From Catajapyx aquilonaris (lineage: Eukaryota): a stretch of 64,000 nucleotides of DNA. Below, piece after piece: positions 37,360 to 50,938 of the stretch. Below the pieces are notes generated by a model that had not been told where the DNA came from, made no database searches, and worked only from the letters and a program-made list of their open reading frames with translations. Position 1 is the stretch's first letter. Each line of letters starts with the position of its first letter. The translations under genes and the position numbers were made by a program. The stretch is taken from NCBI GenBank assembly GCA_000934665.2, contig JYFJ02001476.1:1-64000 (forward strand), read 5' to 3'.

Positions 37360-40300
37360 ATGGGTGCTTACATGTCCAAGCCGGTCACGGAGAAGGTGTC
37401 GAGCGACGAGGGCTCCAAGTCTGTCCGCGTCGGGTCCAGCTCCATGCAGGGATGGCGCGTCTCGCAGGAGGTGAGGCTCACACACACGCGCGCCGCACAT
37501 TCACGGGGCTCCGGACAATGGGCCGGCATATGCATGCGATCGTGTAGTGATCATAAAATGGGGAGGAACTGTGACCTCCAGTCTGAACAACCGGATTATG
37601 GCAATGTGGTTTTAGGCGCCTATAGTTGCCAAAGGCGACAGAATTGGTCGACATTTCCCATGCCTCCCAGGTGACAGGCCTAATGAGGGACAGTTCTGGG
37701 TCTTAAGACAAATCAATGTGCGGGATGCAGAAACATGCTGCCCACGTTCGCACTAGCTTGGCAAAACATTCACTGTTGACTCTTGTGGCATTTAGGCTAT
37801 TTAGCATCCGACAACAAAAGTGTAGATGGTTCGCATTCAGAAGGTGTCACGTGCTGCAATGTAGTAATTGTGTGCTGCTCATGGCATTTGACCTACATGT
37901 CCAATATGATGCAGCAAGTCTAATGGAAGCATGCAGTAGCAGCACTTTCAGGGTTGTGTGCCCCATTTTAATGGGATTTCACTTAAATATTGCAATTGCC
38001 AGGACAATCACTTTCTATTAAAATGCCGATTTGCACTGATTCAAGGCCTGCTGCATCAGTTTAGCTTCATTAATAATATGAGAGTCATAATGTGTTCACT
38101 ATTTAATGGTAAAAGGCTATGCTTCTGATTATGCCAGTCCATCAAATGGAGTTATTGGCAAGCACAAGTCAGAGATAGGCTAATGAAGAAAGCATTATTA
38201 CACTAACAATTAGCTGCCCTTAAATAAATGAGTGGATTTGACCTGACCATTTTTGAAGCGGTGCTGTATTACACATCTTATTCAGAAGCACCAGTAACAG
38301 GTTATGCATAGTAAGCTTCAGCCTAATTCACATCAATATAGTTATAACAAGCTATGTTTGGTAAAAGTTTGTTTTATGCCTTGATGGTTTTATTTTTCAG
38401 GATGCACACAATGTGATAGTGGACTATGACCAGGGCACATCTCTATATGCCGTATATGACGGCCATGGTGGTCATGAGGTGGCCACCTATTGCGCCCAGC
38501 AGCTACCTGAGTTTATCCGCAATTCTGAGTTGTACAAAGAAGGCAAACTTTCCCATGCCCTGGAGCATTCCTTCCTGGACTTTGATGCCACCCTAACCAC
38601 CCTAGAGGTTATCCAGGTGCTGAAGGACATCGCAGGAGTCAAGGATGAGGCTCATGAGCAAGAAGAAGATGGTAATTATTGATGCACATGAGACATTTGT
38701 GCCTAATTGACCGGTATAGGTTCAGTTTGTTGCAACAACACTGCATAACTTGGAAGCTATTGTAGTAAGAAAACACTTGCAGTTGGAAATGTTTCAGCAG
38801 TAGCAAATGACAATGTGTTTGTTTGTCTCTAACTGAAACTTACATGCTATTAAAAGCATTGCATAAATTTAATATTTAAGGAAGCTTACACCAAAAATGC
38901 TAATTATTTCAACTGTGACCGACTCACATTATTCAAGAAATGTATGTAGCTGACATGTAATCCACATGTTTTTCTACATGAAGTTGCTACATGAAAATGT
39001 GCCTGGCACATATCAATTGAAGTCTCACACAATAATTCCATGTCTGTTTTCTATAGGAATTAGATCATGCAACATTTTCATGTCCAAGCATGAGCTGTTG
39101 GGTTTAAATTAGGAAGACTTAAATGACGCTGGCACTCATCTCAACACACTGACTTTTCAGAGGAGGAGGTCTCCGTCAACAGCCTGCAGGAAGAGGCAGA
39201 GATGCCATTGGACGAGCTCATGGCAAAGTACAAAAGTGGAGTCGAGGCTGGCGGTGATGGGGATCAGCCCACCTCTGCCAAGACAAAAGATGGGGAGGGT
39301 CCGTCGTCATCCAAGGCACCCTCTGTCCTCCCTCTTCATCTGCGCACTAAGGGCATTCCAGTGTCACCCTTTCTCAGGGCTAAGCGCTCAACAGCCCAAA
39401 TGCCCAAGCATGTGACTGATGAGATCGCAAATGGAGGCCAGAATGGTGACATTGGTGGCAGTGGTGATGCCAAGAAGTGTGAGGTGCAGGTTGACGAGAA
39501 AGCAATAGAGGATGGCAAAGATGTGGCTGAAGAAAGCAAGGTCCATGACGACATCAGTAAGATGGATGGGGGTGATGGAAAGGCCATTGATGATTCCAAA
39601 GCTGCTGATGGAGAAATTAAGAGTTCAGGAAAAGGAAAGGGGAAAGGTAAGGGGCAGAGCGGAGGGCAGGCCCCTTCTCCACCTTCAGAGACTCCAAAGA
39701 AAACTCGCACCCAGCCACCACGCCAATCTGCAACACAGCTGTACCGCAACATGCTAGATGGTGAGGAGGAGAACTCGGAGTCTGATGACGATGACGACAA
39801 CTTCGAGGCCAGCGATGCTCTGAAGGAAGGGGAAGAAGCAGACGAGGAGGAGGACGCAGGGGAAGAAGAAGAAGAAGAAGAAGAAGAAGGCGGCGGTGAG
39901 AACGGCCAATCTGAGTCTGACACTGAGGAAGAGGTGGAATCTGAATCTGAGCCTGAAGATGAGGATGAAGAAGCAGATGACTTTGCACTGAAGATGAAGG
40001 AGGAGCCTGGTTCAGACTCAGGATGCACAGCTGTTGTGGCCCTGCTTAGGGGCAATGAGCTCTTTGTGGCCAACTCCGGTGATTCAAGGTGTGTGGTGAG
40101 CTGTGAGGGTAAAGCTGTTGAGATGTCCCTCGACCACAAACCAGAAGACCAGCTAGAAATGCAGCGAATTATCAAGGCTGGAGGGAAGGTCACCTCCGAT
40201 GGACGGGTCAATGGCGGGCTCAACCTGTCCAGAGCAATAGGTTAGTAATGGTTGTCCACTTTCCCACTTGAAGTTAAATTTGTACAAAGCATAATGTTGA

Positions 40301-41095
40301 AAACCAAATCCTGTTTTGGAAGTTGCTGACACTCATATGACTTGCCTATCTCATATTGATCTTACAAAGTTGATATCCTGCAGCTGTCGTTTAATAGACT
40401 TTGAGATGCTGTGAATGGGGCAAGTGATTAAGCATTGATCTTTTTTTATCTTTCCGATGTGAAGGAGACCATGCATACAAGCAGAATGAGGAGTTATCAG
40501 CTCGGGAGCAGATGATAACAGCCCTGCCAGACGTGCGGACTTACACCATAAATCCCCAGAAGGATGAATTTATGGTTTTAGCCTGTGATGGGATCTGGAA
40601 CTCGATGACCAGCGACCAGGTCGTGGAGTTCGTGCGAACCAGACTGTATGGTGAATGCCCAGGCATCAAGCTGTCTACAATATGTGAACAGGTGCGGTGG
40701 CTTTTGATGATTATCACATGAAAGTAAAATGTATGCCAAAGCCCTGTGTCAATGATTGAGAATGCATGTGATTGGTGTTTGGAGATAACTGAACCTTGAC
40801 ATAACTATTATGAGTAATTTGAACTAATTTTTGTGTGTCAGTAGCATTGTTAGATAATGTGCATATTTCTCTCCTCCAGCTTTTTGATGCCTGCCTTGCG
40901 GCAGACACCATTGGTGATGGAACAGGCTGTGACAACATGACAGCCATCATTGTCCAGTTTTTAGGAGGGGAGAGGAATGGAGGAGGGACCAAGAGAGAAG
41001 GGGATATTGAGGAGGATAATGGCGAAGAGAGTGGGGGAGGAGAAAAGAAGAGGATGAGAATGATGGACTCTGAGGAGTCCAAGTCCACACAGTGA
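37360..41095 (+). CDS. PPM1G: Protein phosphatase 1G (PP2C-gamma); exons 37360-37470, 38401-38671, 39161-40240, 40465-40691, 40880-41095
   Basis: MGAYMSKP N-terminus, [20 protein letters not shown], long acidic insert, [46 protein letters not shown]. All introns GT-AG and phase-consistent. Confidence 0.95.
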
Positions 41096-41669
41096 CCACT
41101 AGGAAAAGAAAGAAAAATGACAAGAAAACAGAGTGTGTGCAAGTTTTTGAGTACGTGAGGAAGCATGTGGACAAGCAAGGTGGTTTTCAATTCGTACACG
41201 AGTACAGTAATTATTCATTCCCTGTTCGTTCCCCCTCCCCCCCAATGACCAGACATTTTAAAGTCTTAGACATTTGCATTGACAGACCCCACCTTTTTGT
41301 TGTCTCCATACTCTCATTTTTTAAAGAAAGTGGAAAAGATGGGAACACTGCCATGCTGAGTGGTGTAAAAAAAAAAATACACAACTTTGTCACTAGGATC
41401 ATGGTTTCATTAAAGAGTGGTACCCCTACCATGCACATGTTATTCTGAATGAATTGCTTAACTCAAGTTTCCAGTGCAAATTTGTTCGAGATTTGTGCAT
41501 TTTTAAATGTCACTTGTCTCGCACACTGAGCAGTATTTTGATGACGTGACGCAATGTAGTTTGGTTTATTAGGAAGAAGCCAAAGCAACTGTGGCTATCT
41601 GGCTATAAGAAGAAGCAAAGGTGGGACAGACGGAGAGAGAAACGAAGAGGTTAAAGAAGAGAGGAAAGA

Positions 41670-41821
41670 CTAGTATCTCTCTTAGTCTGTCACGTATCCC
41701 AAAGACCTGTCCGACTTGGGTGGCCCTGCCAGTAGATGAAGCTACCGCCAGCATAGCTCTTGGGGTCATGGGAGAAACGCAAACCCCACCACCACGATAA
41801 GGTGGAGATACCATTGGGGGA
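41670..41821 (-). mobile_element. RTE-clade LINE 5'-UTR-derived fragment
   Basis: Minus strand CCACCTTATCGTGGTGG.GGGGTTTGCG...ATGA....AGAGCTATGC...CAGGGCCACCCAAGTCGGACAGGTC resembles the 5' region of RTE/BovB-type elements (recalled, not searched). Confidence 0.55.
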
Positions 41822-43381
41822 ACACGCAATGTGACATGATAGATCAACTGTGTGCTGCGGTCCAGTGTCCGACCATCTAGAAGCAAGTATTCATGGTAAA
41901 GTTGGCTTAAGTCTAACTTGACAGAATAGCAACACCCTTTTCTGGTCTGGACATGTTCCCCCAGCGTCATATTTTGATTCTTGAGAACATTGTAAGAGAG
42001 CTGAAGCCACAATGTAAGCAAAGTAGAGGTGCTATGTTGGTTTTCCAACTTTGTGATGTTGGCTCCTCCTCCGGAATGAGGAGACCAAAAAAGAGCACCC
42101 TAATGTATATTCTTATGGCAGGTCCATTTAAAGGAAGAAGAAAAAACATGTCATGTTGCTTAAGCTATGGAGCCATATCTGTTATTATCAACAGGTAAGC
42201 AATTGATAGATTTTCATTGAAGATTGCAACATTCATTCAAGCAAGAGAGCGATCCCAAATTGTGCTGCCAATGTACTGATCAGTTTCAAGCCCTGGTGCT
42301 ACACCTACCTTGGAGCAAGGGAATGGTTAATTCTAGACTTTATCACTCCCGGCATTGTTCTGCAGCATAAAAGTGGTTTGCATTGAAGCTCAAAAATAAC
42401 AATGGGAGTATCATTAGTTCCGCAATGCAAGGTCACGCACGTGCAAGATCCAAGATGCATGTAGCCAACCTTCCAACCGAACATGCGCCAGCCTTGCAGC
42501 CACTATGCAGCAAGTCTGTCACAGTCCGTATGAGGCATGTCCTCCCTTATTGGAACATGTGAGAGTCACTTTCGAAATCACCTTCACAGGAATAAAAAGG
42601 GGCCTGCACATTCACTTCACCCTGATGACTTGAGGAGAAACTGCACTTGTGATCTGACTATGCAATATGAGTGTCGTTAGGTAGGTGACAGGCAATGCGA
42701 CGGTTCTGTTGAATTGACCGCCATTAGTTGCAGGCCGGTGTCCACCGCGGCGCTGCGGTAGCGCGAATCAGAAAAGGCCAAAGCAGCTATGTGGAGCCGC
42801 TATATTAGTCAGACGCACAGCGAATGAATACAAAGTAGCATTGATCCTTGCTGATTACCGGATTTGATGTTAAGCAGCGTCAGTCAGGAGTGCTTGGCAC
42901 GTTGCACGACAGATTCGTCATTAACTGTAAGTAACTGCCCAGTTGTACGCCTCTCCCTCCAAAACAACGGCTACTTACATAAGCAGTTATATATGTTCAA
43001 GCGGGTGGTGCGCCGGTAATGGCGCCGCCGACGCAGCAGGGGAAATCCAGCTTCTTGCGGAGTGGACTGGTGGCTGAGTCCTCTTCTCCTGCTCTCGGTT
43101 GATCTCCTGGAGGATTCAGGCCGTGGTCTGCTGCAAGTGGATGACACAACGTGAGGATTGGCAAGTGGTTTGCTTGGGGATGGAGCCAGCTTTGGCTTGG
43201 GAAGTCACATGCAAAATTGTTGTTGTTCAGTGTTGTGGTTTGTTAATCCGCATCTTGTGTGAAAATTGACTGGCGCATCTTATTGTTGGGTGTCATTTCA
43301 GGTGCGACTGGAGCACAAGGAGGCTATGATGACAGCTAGATAAGACCCCCTAGAAAAGGGAATTTGTGGCGTTGTGGGGCC

Positions 43382-45045
<1,664 letters not shown>

Positions 45046-46212
45046 CTGAAATTGTGGCAGTGTGACCACTGCTTATTTTTTATTGGCACATTTGTACTAA
45101 AGTTAGACCTTCACATTTCATTTCTATAAAAAAATTAAATGCATACAATACCATCAACAAAAGTCATTATTATAAAAGCCAGCATGCCAGTTGTGTGAGG
45201 TCAGTGTGTTGCGGACACTTGCTCTACCTCACTTAATTCCTGACTTGCTGTCAAGATGCGAGTTAAGTGCTGCAGGCAGTGGCAATCACATCATGTACAA
45301 AAAGAATGATGACCTGCAATAATATTTAAGCAGACACAGTTGACCCAAGCTAGTGTGGACGGCGTTGCTGGGTTAATCCAAAAAGTTGTGCAAACTTGGG
45401 TTGAACCTAGATTCAGAACATTTCAGTATTCCAGGTTGAGTGTGAATTTCACAGATTGTCTCCAGTGCTATAAGAAATGCACCAATGAAAGTGACTCTTT
45501 TACCAGGGATGGGTTACAGGCTGGTAATGCAGTGCACAATAGCAGAAATCTCTTAAAATAGCTCGTAAGAAATATCAATTCAATTTGTAATACCATTTAG
45601 GGTGAGAAAGTCAAGACAATAATTCTACCACAATACGTAACTGGTACCTCATGACCATTCACTACGAATAAGTGGCTTATATTGGGCATATTTTATCTTA
45701 AATTTTTGTTGCCCAATTTCTTGCAATTTACATGCCTATTATAGATGTCTGAGAGTTTCGTCCTCTTCTCTAATTTTGCTGCTTATTAAATATAACATTT
45801 CCAGCAATGGAAAATGACCAGAATATTTAGGAGTCCCATGTCATTTTGATTGGGTTAACTCACCTGCATATAGGAAACAGCCCAAATTTTGGTGAATTGG
45901 ATGACCCCCCCGACATTTCCCTGGCCTTGCTGTGACACTCTTCTCCCATGTGGCTCTTTTTTATTGTGACTAGTTTTTGCAGCAAATGCTAAAAGCAGGC
46001 TCAGGCCATCTAATGGGGTAGAAAATAAATAAATAATTAAATGAATAAATATTACAGGGGCAGATTCACAAACGAGCACAAAATATTATGGTCAGCTCAA
46101 GCTGGTGGCTAGTCATGTTCAGTATGGTCATGAGAGAAACCATTAAGATCTCGCAACCAACTTGTGCTGCCCATCTTACTTTTCATCTGGAAAAAACTGC
46201 TGCCATGTTATT

Positions 46213-46322
46213 GGGTGGAATTTTCATCGTACTACTAGTTACTTTTAACTTAGCAGTACCAGTGTAATGCAATGGTAGTGCTAAGTTGGCAGTAACTAGT
46301 AGTACAACAAAAATTCCAACCC
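46213..46322. repeat. Short imperfect palindrome (MITE-like)
   Basis: GTACTACTAGTTAC..AACTTAGCA / TGCTAAGTT..GTAACTAGTAGTAC with outer TGGAATTTT / AAAATTCCA arms. Confidence 0.6.
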
Positions 46323-46947
46323 TTAATTATTATTTTGATGCAAGAGCAGAAGTGCACCTTAGTGGGTGAGCAGAAGCACACATGTGATGATGTGTAGAGC
46401 TAATGAATATCATTGGTGTAAATCATACTGAATCTTATTGCAACATGTAATTCAATAATACTGTACTGCAAGGAGTTATTTGCTCTTGTTAACACATCAG
46501 TGACTTTTTTGACAAAGGCTCGAGTGTAGGGTGTTACAGTGATTTGAGTTCCTCACTACTTATTGGAATAGCAGAATGTGATGGCACGAAGTCATACTGA
46601 ATAAACATAACTGTGCAAATAGTGTGATACACTCAAGGTGCAGCTCACGAAGGTGGCAGCAGATTGTGAAGACACAGACAATATGTGGCACAACTAATTG
46701 GCATACTTAACAATGAGCCATCACATTATGTTTTGAAGGTGACCACCCTGCCCCACCATACATGTGTGAGCATGGCCTTCCACATTTTCAGTGGTTTCCT
46801 CATAATGGATGTGCACTGTAAACTGTGGTTCCAGCCAAGAGGAACCCTCCACTATTCCTTGACAACACTTTGCAGGATCTCAAAATTTCATCTTACACAT
46901 GCAAATTAAATAAAAAGATAAGGACTAGTGCCTGAATCACTCAAGTT

Positions 46948-49900
46948 TCACATGAATATCCTGGGATCCCTGTTGTCCTTATGCCTACGTTCATGATGCG
47001 CTCTGTTGGACACTGCAGGGAACCTCATAGGGCAGAACCTGCACTGGTAAGGCTTCTCCCCGGTGTGCAGGTTGACATGGCCCCTGAAGTCTGTTCGTGA
47101 AACAAATGCTTTGGGGCAGTAGGAGCACTGGAAACGCTTCTGTCCAGTGTGCCTCATGTGGTGGTCCTGCAGGATGACCATCTGCCCAAAGGCCTTCCCA
47201 CAAAGGGAGCACTTGAAGGGCCTCTCTCCAGTATGGGTCCTCCTGTGGGCAGAGAGTTGACTCTGCTGGGCAAAGGCACGCCCGCAAAACTCACACTGGA
47301 AGGGCTTCTCCCCCGTGTGAGTGCGGAGATGCTGGCGGAGCTGGCCTCGCTCCACAAAGCGTTTTCCACATCTCTCGCATTGGAATGGCCTCTCACCGGA
47401 GTGGGTCTTCAGGTGTTGCTGTAGACATTCCCTCATTCGGAAGCGCTTTCCACATGCTTCGCAGCCCCATCGAGGAGGCTCTTCCGTTGAATGTTCACCA
47501 TGCTGCCTTTAGGCAGAGTAAGACTTGCTTTAAAGGTCATTCAATTTAAAAATAATCAACAACTGATTTGATGGCTCACCTGTTGATGTGCTGCCTCAAA
47601 TTGCGGGCGCAGTTGAACCTCTTGGGACAGTGCGTGCAAGCCAGCCCCTTGATTGGGTTATGGTGCTGGGAGTGTCCCCTCAGGCGTGACTCTGTCTTGA
47701 ACCTCAAGGGACAGTGAGGGCAGGGGTATGGACGCTCCTCAGAATGGACCACCAGGCAATGCTGCTTCAGCACTGCCTCTGAAGAGCAAGGTTTTCCACA
47801 CTGAGGACAAGGCAGCATCACCCAAGGGCGATGCTTTGTCAGGTGCCACGACAGCGCCTCTGAGGACGGCAGCCTCCGGGAGCACACAACACACTTGTGG
47901 GGTGGAGGAGGGGCAACAGTGGTGGTGGGCAACTCTGTCAGCTGCACCTCCACCACACTCTCTGGTGCAGGTGCCAAAGTGGTTGCTTCCTCACTGCCCA
48001 CCTGGCAAGGACAAATAGTAACTTGCTTATTATTGACAACAATGTTTAAAAATTCTGAGCATACCTTTCGAGGCCTGCCCCTCCTGGCTCCGACCTTCCC
48101 CATCCTTCTGAGAGCAGCTAGACAGTTTATGACAGACTGCTCGCCAGGTCTTGAACGTCTGTGGTGTTGAAGATGTTGATACAGAGCTCTATATGATCCA
48201 AGCTGCTTCCCACACACTCCGCATCCCACCTTCTCCCTGCCAGTGTGCTTCACCATGTGATCATTGAAACTTCGGGCATCTTTGTAGGTACGTCCACAGT
48301 GTGGGCAACTCAGCTCTTGCTTCTCTCCTTCCTTCTTGGAAGACTCGCTGCCTCTCCCTTCCGAGCGAGCCCTGCCCACCAGAGCTCTCAAGAGACCAGA
48401 GATTCGGTCAGCAACATGCTTGTAGTTGGCAGATTTGACATGACTCTTGAGGTGGAAGTACAGCTTCCTGTGAGATGGGTAACTCTTACCACATATCTCA
48501 CAAGGTAGTGTCTGGGTGCTAGTGTGTGTCAGCTGGTGCTCCTCTAATGAGCGCTGTGCTTTAAATGACTTTGGACAGAAGGAGCATTGGTGGGGAAGGG
48601 TGGCAGGAGGAGGGTCTTCAGACTGGGTTGGAGTGACTGTGGAAACAGTAGCTGCCTTCTCTGCTCTGTACTTGTGATACTGGGTGTGTTGGTACCATGC
48701 ACGGTGAGTTTTGTAAACTTTGGCACACACTGAGCACTGGTAGGTTTGAGTGCTGGTGTGGGATTCACGATGGTCCTGCCAGGCACGGGCTGTTTGAAAC
48801 ACTCTGGAACAGAAGTCACACTGAAGACCACCACTTTGAGTCCGACACGAAGGTGGAACCTCAATGCGACGCTTGCTCTTCAGTGCTTTAGTGGTCTCTC
48901 CTGATCCACTTTCTTCAGAACTGGGAGGTAACTGTAACAACAGAAAAAACAGCAAAATGTAAGTAACAATAACACAATCAAGCCCGAGCTGCTGTTTCTC
49001 CATGCAGGTGGTTCAAGTTTCAATTTTGATCAGTTGGGTTGGAACTTGAAACTGATCAGATGACATTGGAGCCAAAGTATCGAGGAAACAACAATATTTC
49101 ATAATGCTATCATTTGAACCACATGTGAAGAATTACCTGAGTCAATAAAGTGTAGTTTCTGTTACAGGTTGGGCTCCCTAAATGCCACCTGATTCTAAAT
49201 GTCCCATGACTGGGAGCAACTATGGATCTTCCTCCGTGCAATTCAAAAGATGGCATGACTGTATCTGGTGTTTCCTCACATTTAAAAAAAAACCCATACT
49301 GAAAAAGCACTCCTTCCAACATGTACCTCTTTGGCTGCTTCATCCTTCATCTCACTGTCTTCGTCATCGTCATCACAGCACGAGTCTAATGACACCTCTT
49401 CTTCCATCTCCTCTAGCTTCATCCTGCTCGAGTTCCGTGTGGTGCGCCTCTCCTGCACTTTCATAACTACCTTTTTCCTTATCATCTTTCTTCCATTCCT
49501 GTTTCCTCCTCTGATTCCCAGGCCTCTGGTACTCCTCCTCAGCCGAGTAACAGCAGGTCTTGGTTCCTCCTCGCAACTGCCTTGGTCATCAGACAAAGCT
49601 GTTTGAGTACCACATTCCTCCACCCCTGATTTCGGAGGCACTGGCCCTGCTGAGTCCTCTGTGATGTCACCATCATCATCCCAACCACTTGCTTCTATGG
49701 AGCAATCCTCCTCCTCAGATTTGTCCATGCGTACATCTGCGGGGTCCATCCCGACCAATGTAGCCAGGTGCAAGAAATCCTTTGCCTCCCCTAGCTGAAT
49801 GTGCAGCTGTCCAGTGTAGGCAAAAGTGAGAAGTTGCTGAACAGTAGTGCAGCTTGCCTGTGGCAGAAGCACCACCACCTCCTCCTCTTTGCCATCGCCA

Positions 49901-50271
49901 TTGCCCCCTTGTTGCATGAACAACCCTCTTAGAAAAGGGGAAGCAGCAGCCAGCACCAAGCGGTGGGCCCTCAGCCTCCCATCCCTGCACCTGAGGCTGA
50001 CGTCCCTGCAAGTCGGCAGGAAGGACTCTTCCTGCAGGCGCTGGCACAGTGAGGTTGGGTCCCGAAGGCATACTTTTCTCTGAACTCTGCCACTTTCCAT
50101 GGATCTGCTGCTGTCGTCACTCTCTTCCCCCCTACCGTTATTGCCTTCTTCGGCTTCCATCTGTTCCGCCTCTTCGTCCATCGCTACACCTGCTTCTTCT
50201 CCACCATCCTGCTCGCTATCCTCAGCCATTCTGCCTTCACTCGTAGGGCTCTCTCCAGCCGCCAAGAGCAT
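46948..50271 (-). CDS. BTB/POZ + AT-hook + 16 C2H2 zinc-finger transcription factor; exons 50271-49327, 48931-48065, 48001-47580, 47506-46948
   Basis: BTB DVSLRCRDGRLRAHRLVLAAASPFLR...LLTFAYTG; RRGRPRK AT-hook; 16 CxxC..H..H fingers, the terminal ones with HTGEKP-type linkers. GT-AG junctions in frame; the start ATG could be 50271 or 50229. Confidence 0.9.
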
Positions 50272-50771
50272 TCCCACTGCAGTATCCTTCTCTCTTCCTG
50301 GCTACACCATCCTGGAAGTCATCGTGGTTGCAATAAGATAAGTCAGCTGGATTCACTGGATAAACCCAAACAAACACTGCAACCAAATTTGACCCCTTCC
50401 TGGACCAACCTTCCTCCTTTCGGCGACGACGTCCAGGCGCCGGCGTCGCCCTTGTGCCCCCCGACGCATAGAGCCCGGGTAATAAATGCCGCACTTTTTC
50501 TTTCCAGCAGAAGACGGCATCTTTCCCCCGACCCCATCTGCACACGGATCTGGAAAGCAGTGTTGCCAACACCGGATCACAGATGGCGACACTGGCGTGG
50601 GTCTCTTCTGGCGCGGGTTTCAAACGCAGCGTACACAGATCATTCTGATGTCACAAGCCTGTAATTCAAGTAATCGACAGTCATAGTTGCCCTTCGAGAC
50701 ACCAGTACGCTTAAATAAACTGTGCTACCAGCTGGCATATTATCATCCTGGAACATACAGCAACAGCAGTT

Positions 50772-50938
50772 CTGCCGTCAGATGTAAGAAGACCGTAACT
50801 CAAAAACTAGTTGGGGTGCAAGTCGCATGCATGCCGTGCACTAATCCCCTCTGAGTCAGGGGGGATTAGTGCAGGGCATGCATGCGATTTTCACCCTTAC
50901 TAGTTTTTGAGTTACGGTTTTCTTACATCTGACGGCAG
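50772..50938. mobile_element. Fold-back MITE upstream of the BTB-ZF gene
   Basis: 167-bp near-complete palindrome (CTGCCGTCAGATGTAAGAA... / ...TTCTTACATCTGACGGCAG) flanked by AGCAGTT direct repeats (50765-50771, 50939-50945). Confidence 0.85.

Noticed and set aside
39161..40000. Long acidic insert splitting the PP2C domain
   Set aside because: A known hallmark of PPM1G orthologues, not novel.
39336..40223. 295-aa antisense ORF over PPM1G, and similar antisense ORFs over the GPCR and rut exons
   Set aside because: Shadow ORFs of GC-rich, low-complexity coding sequence with no recognisable domains.
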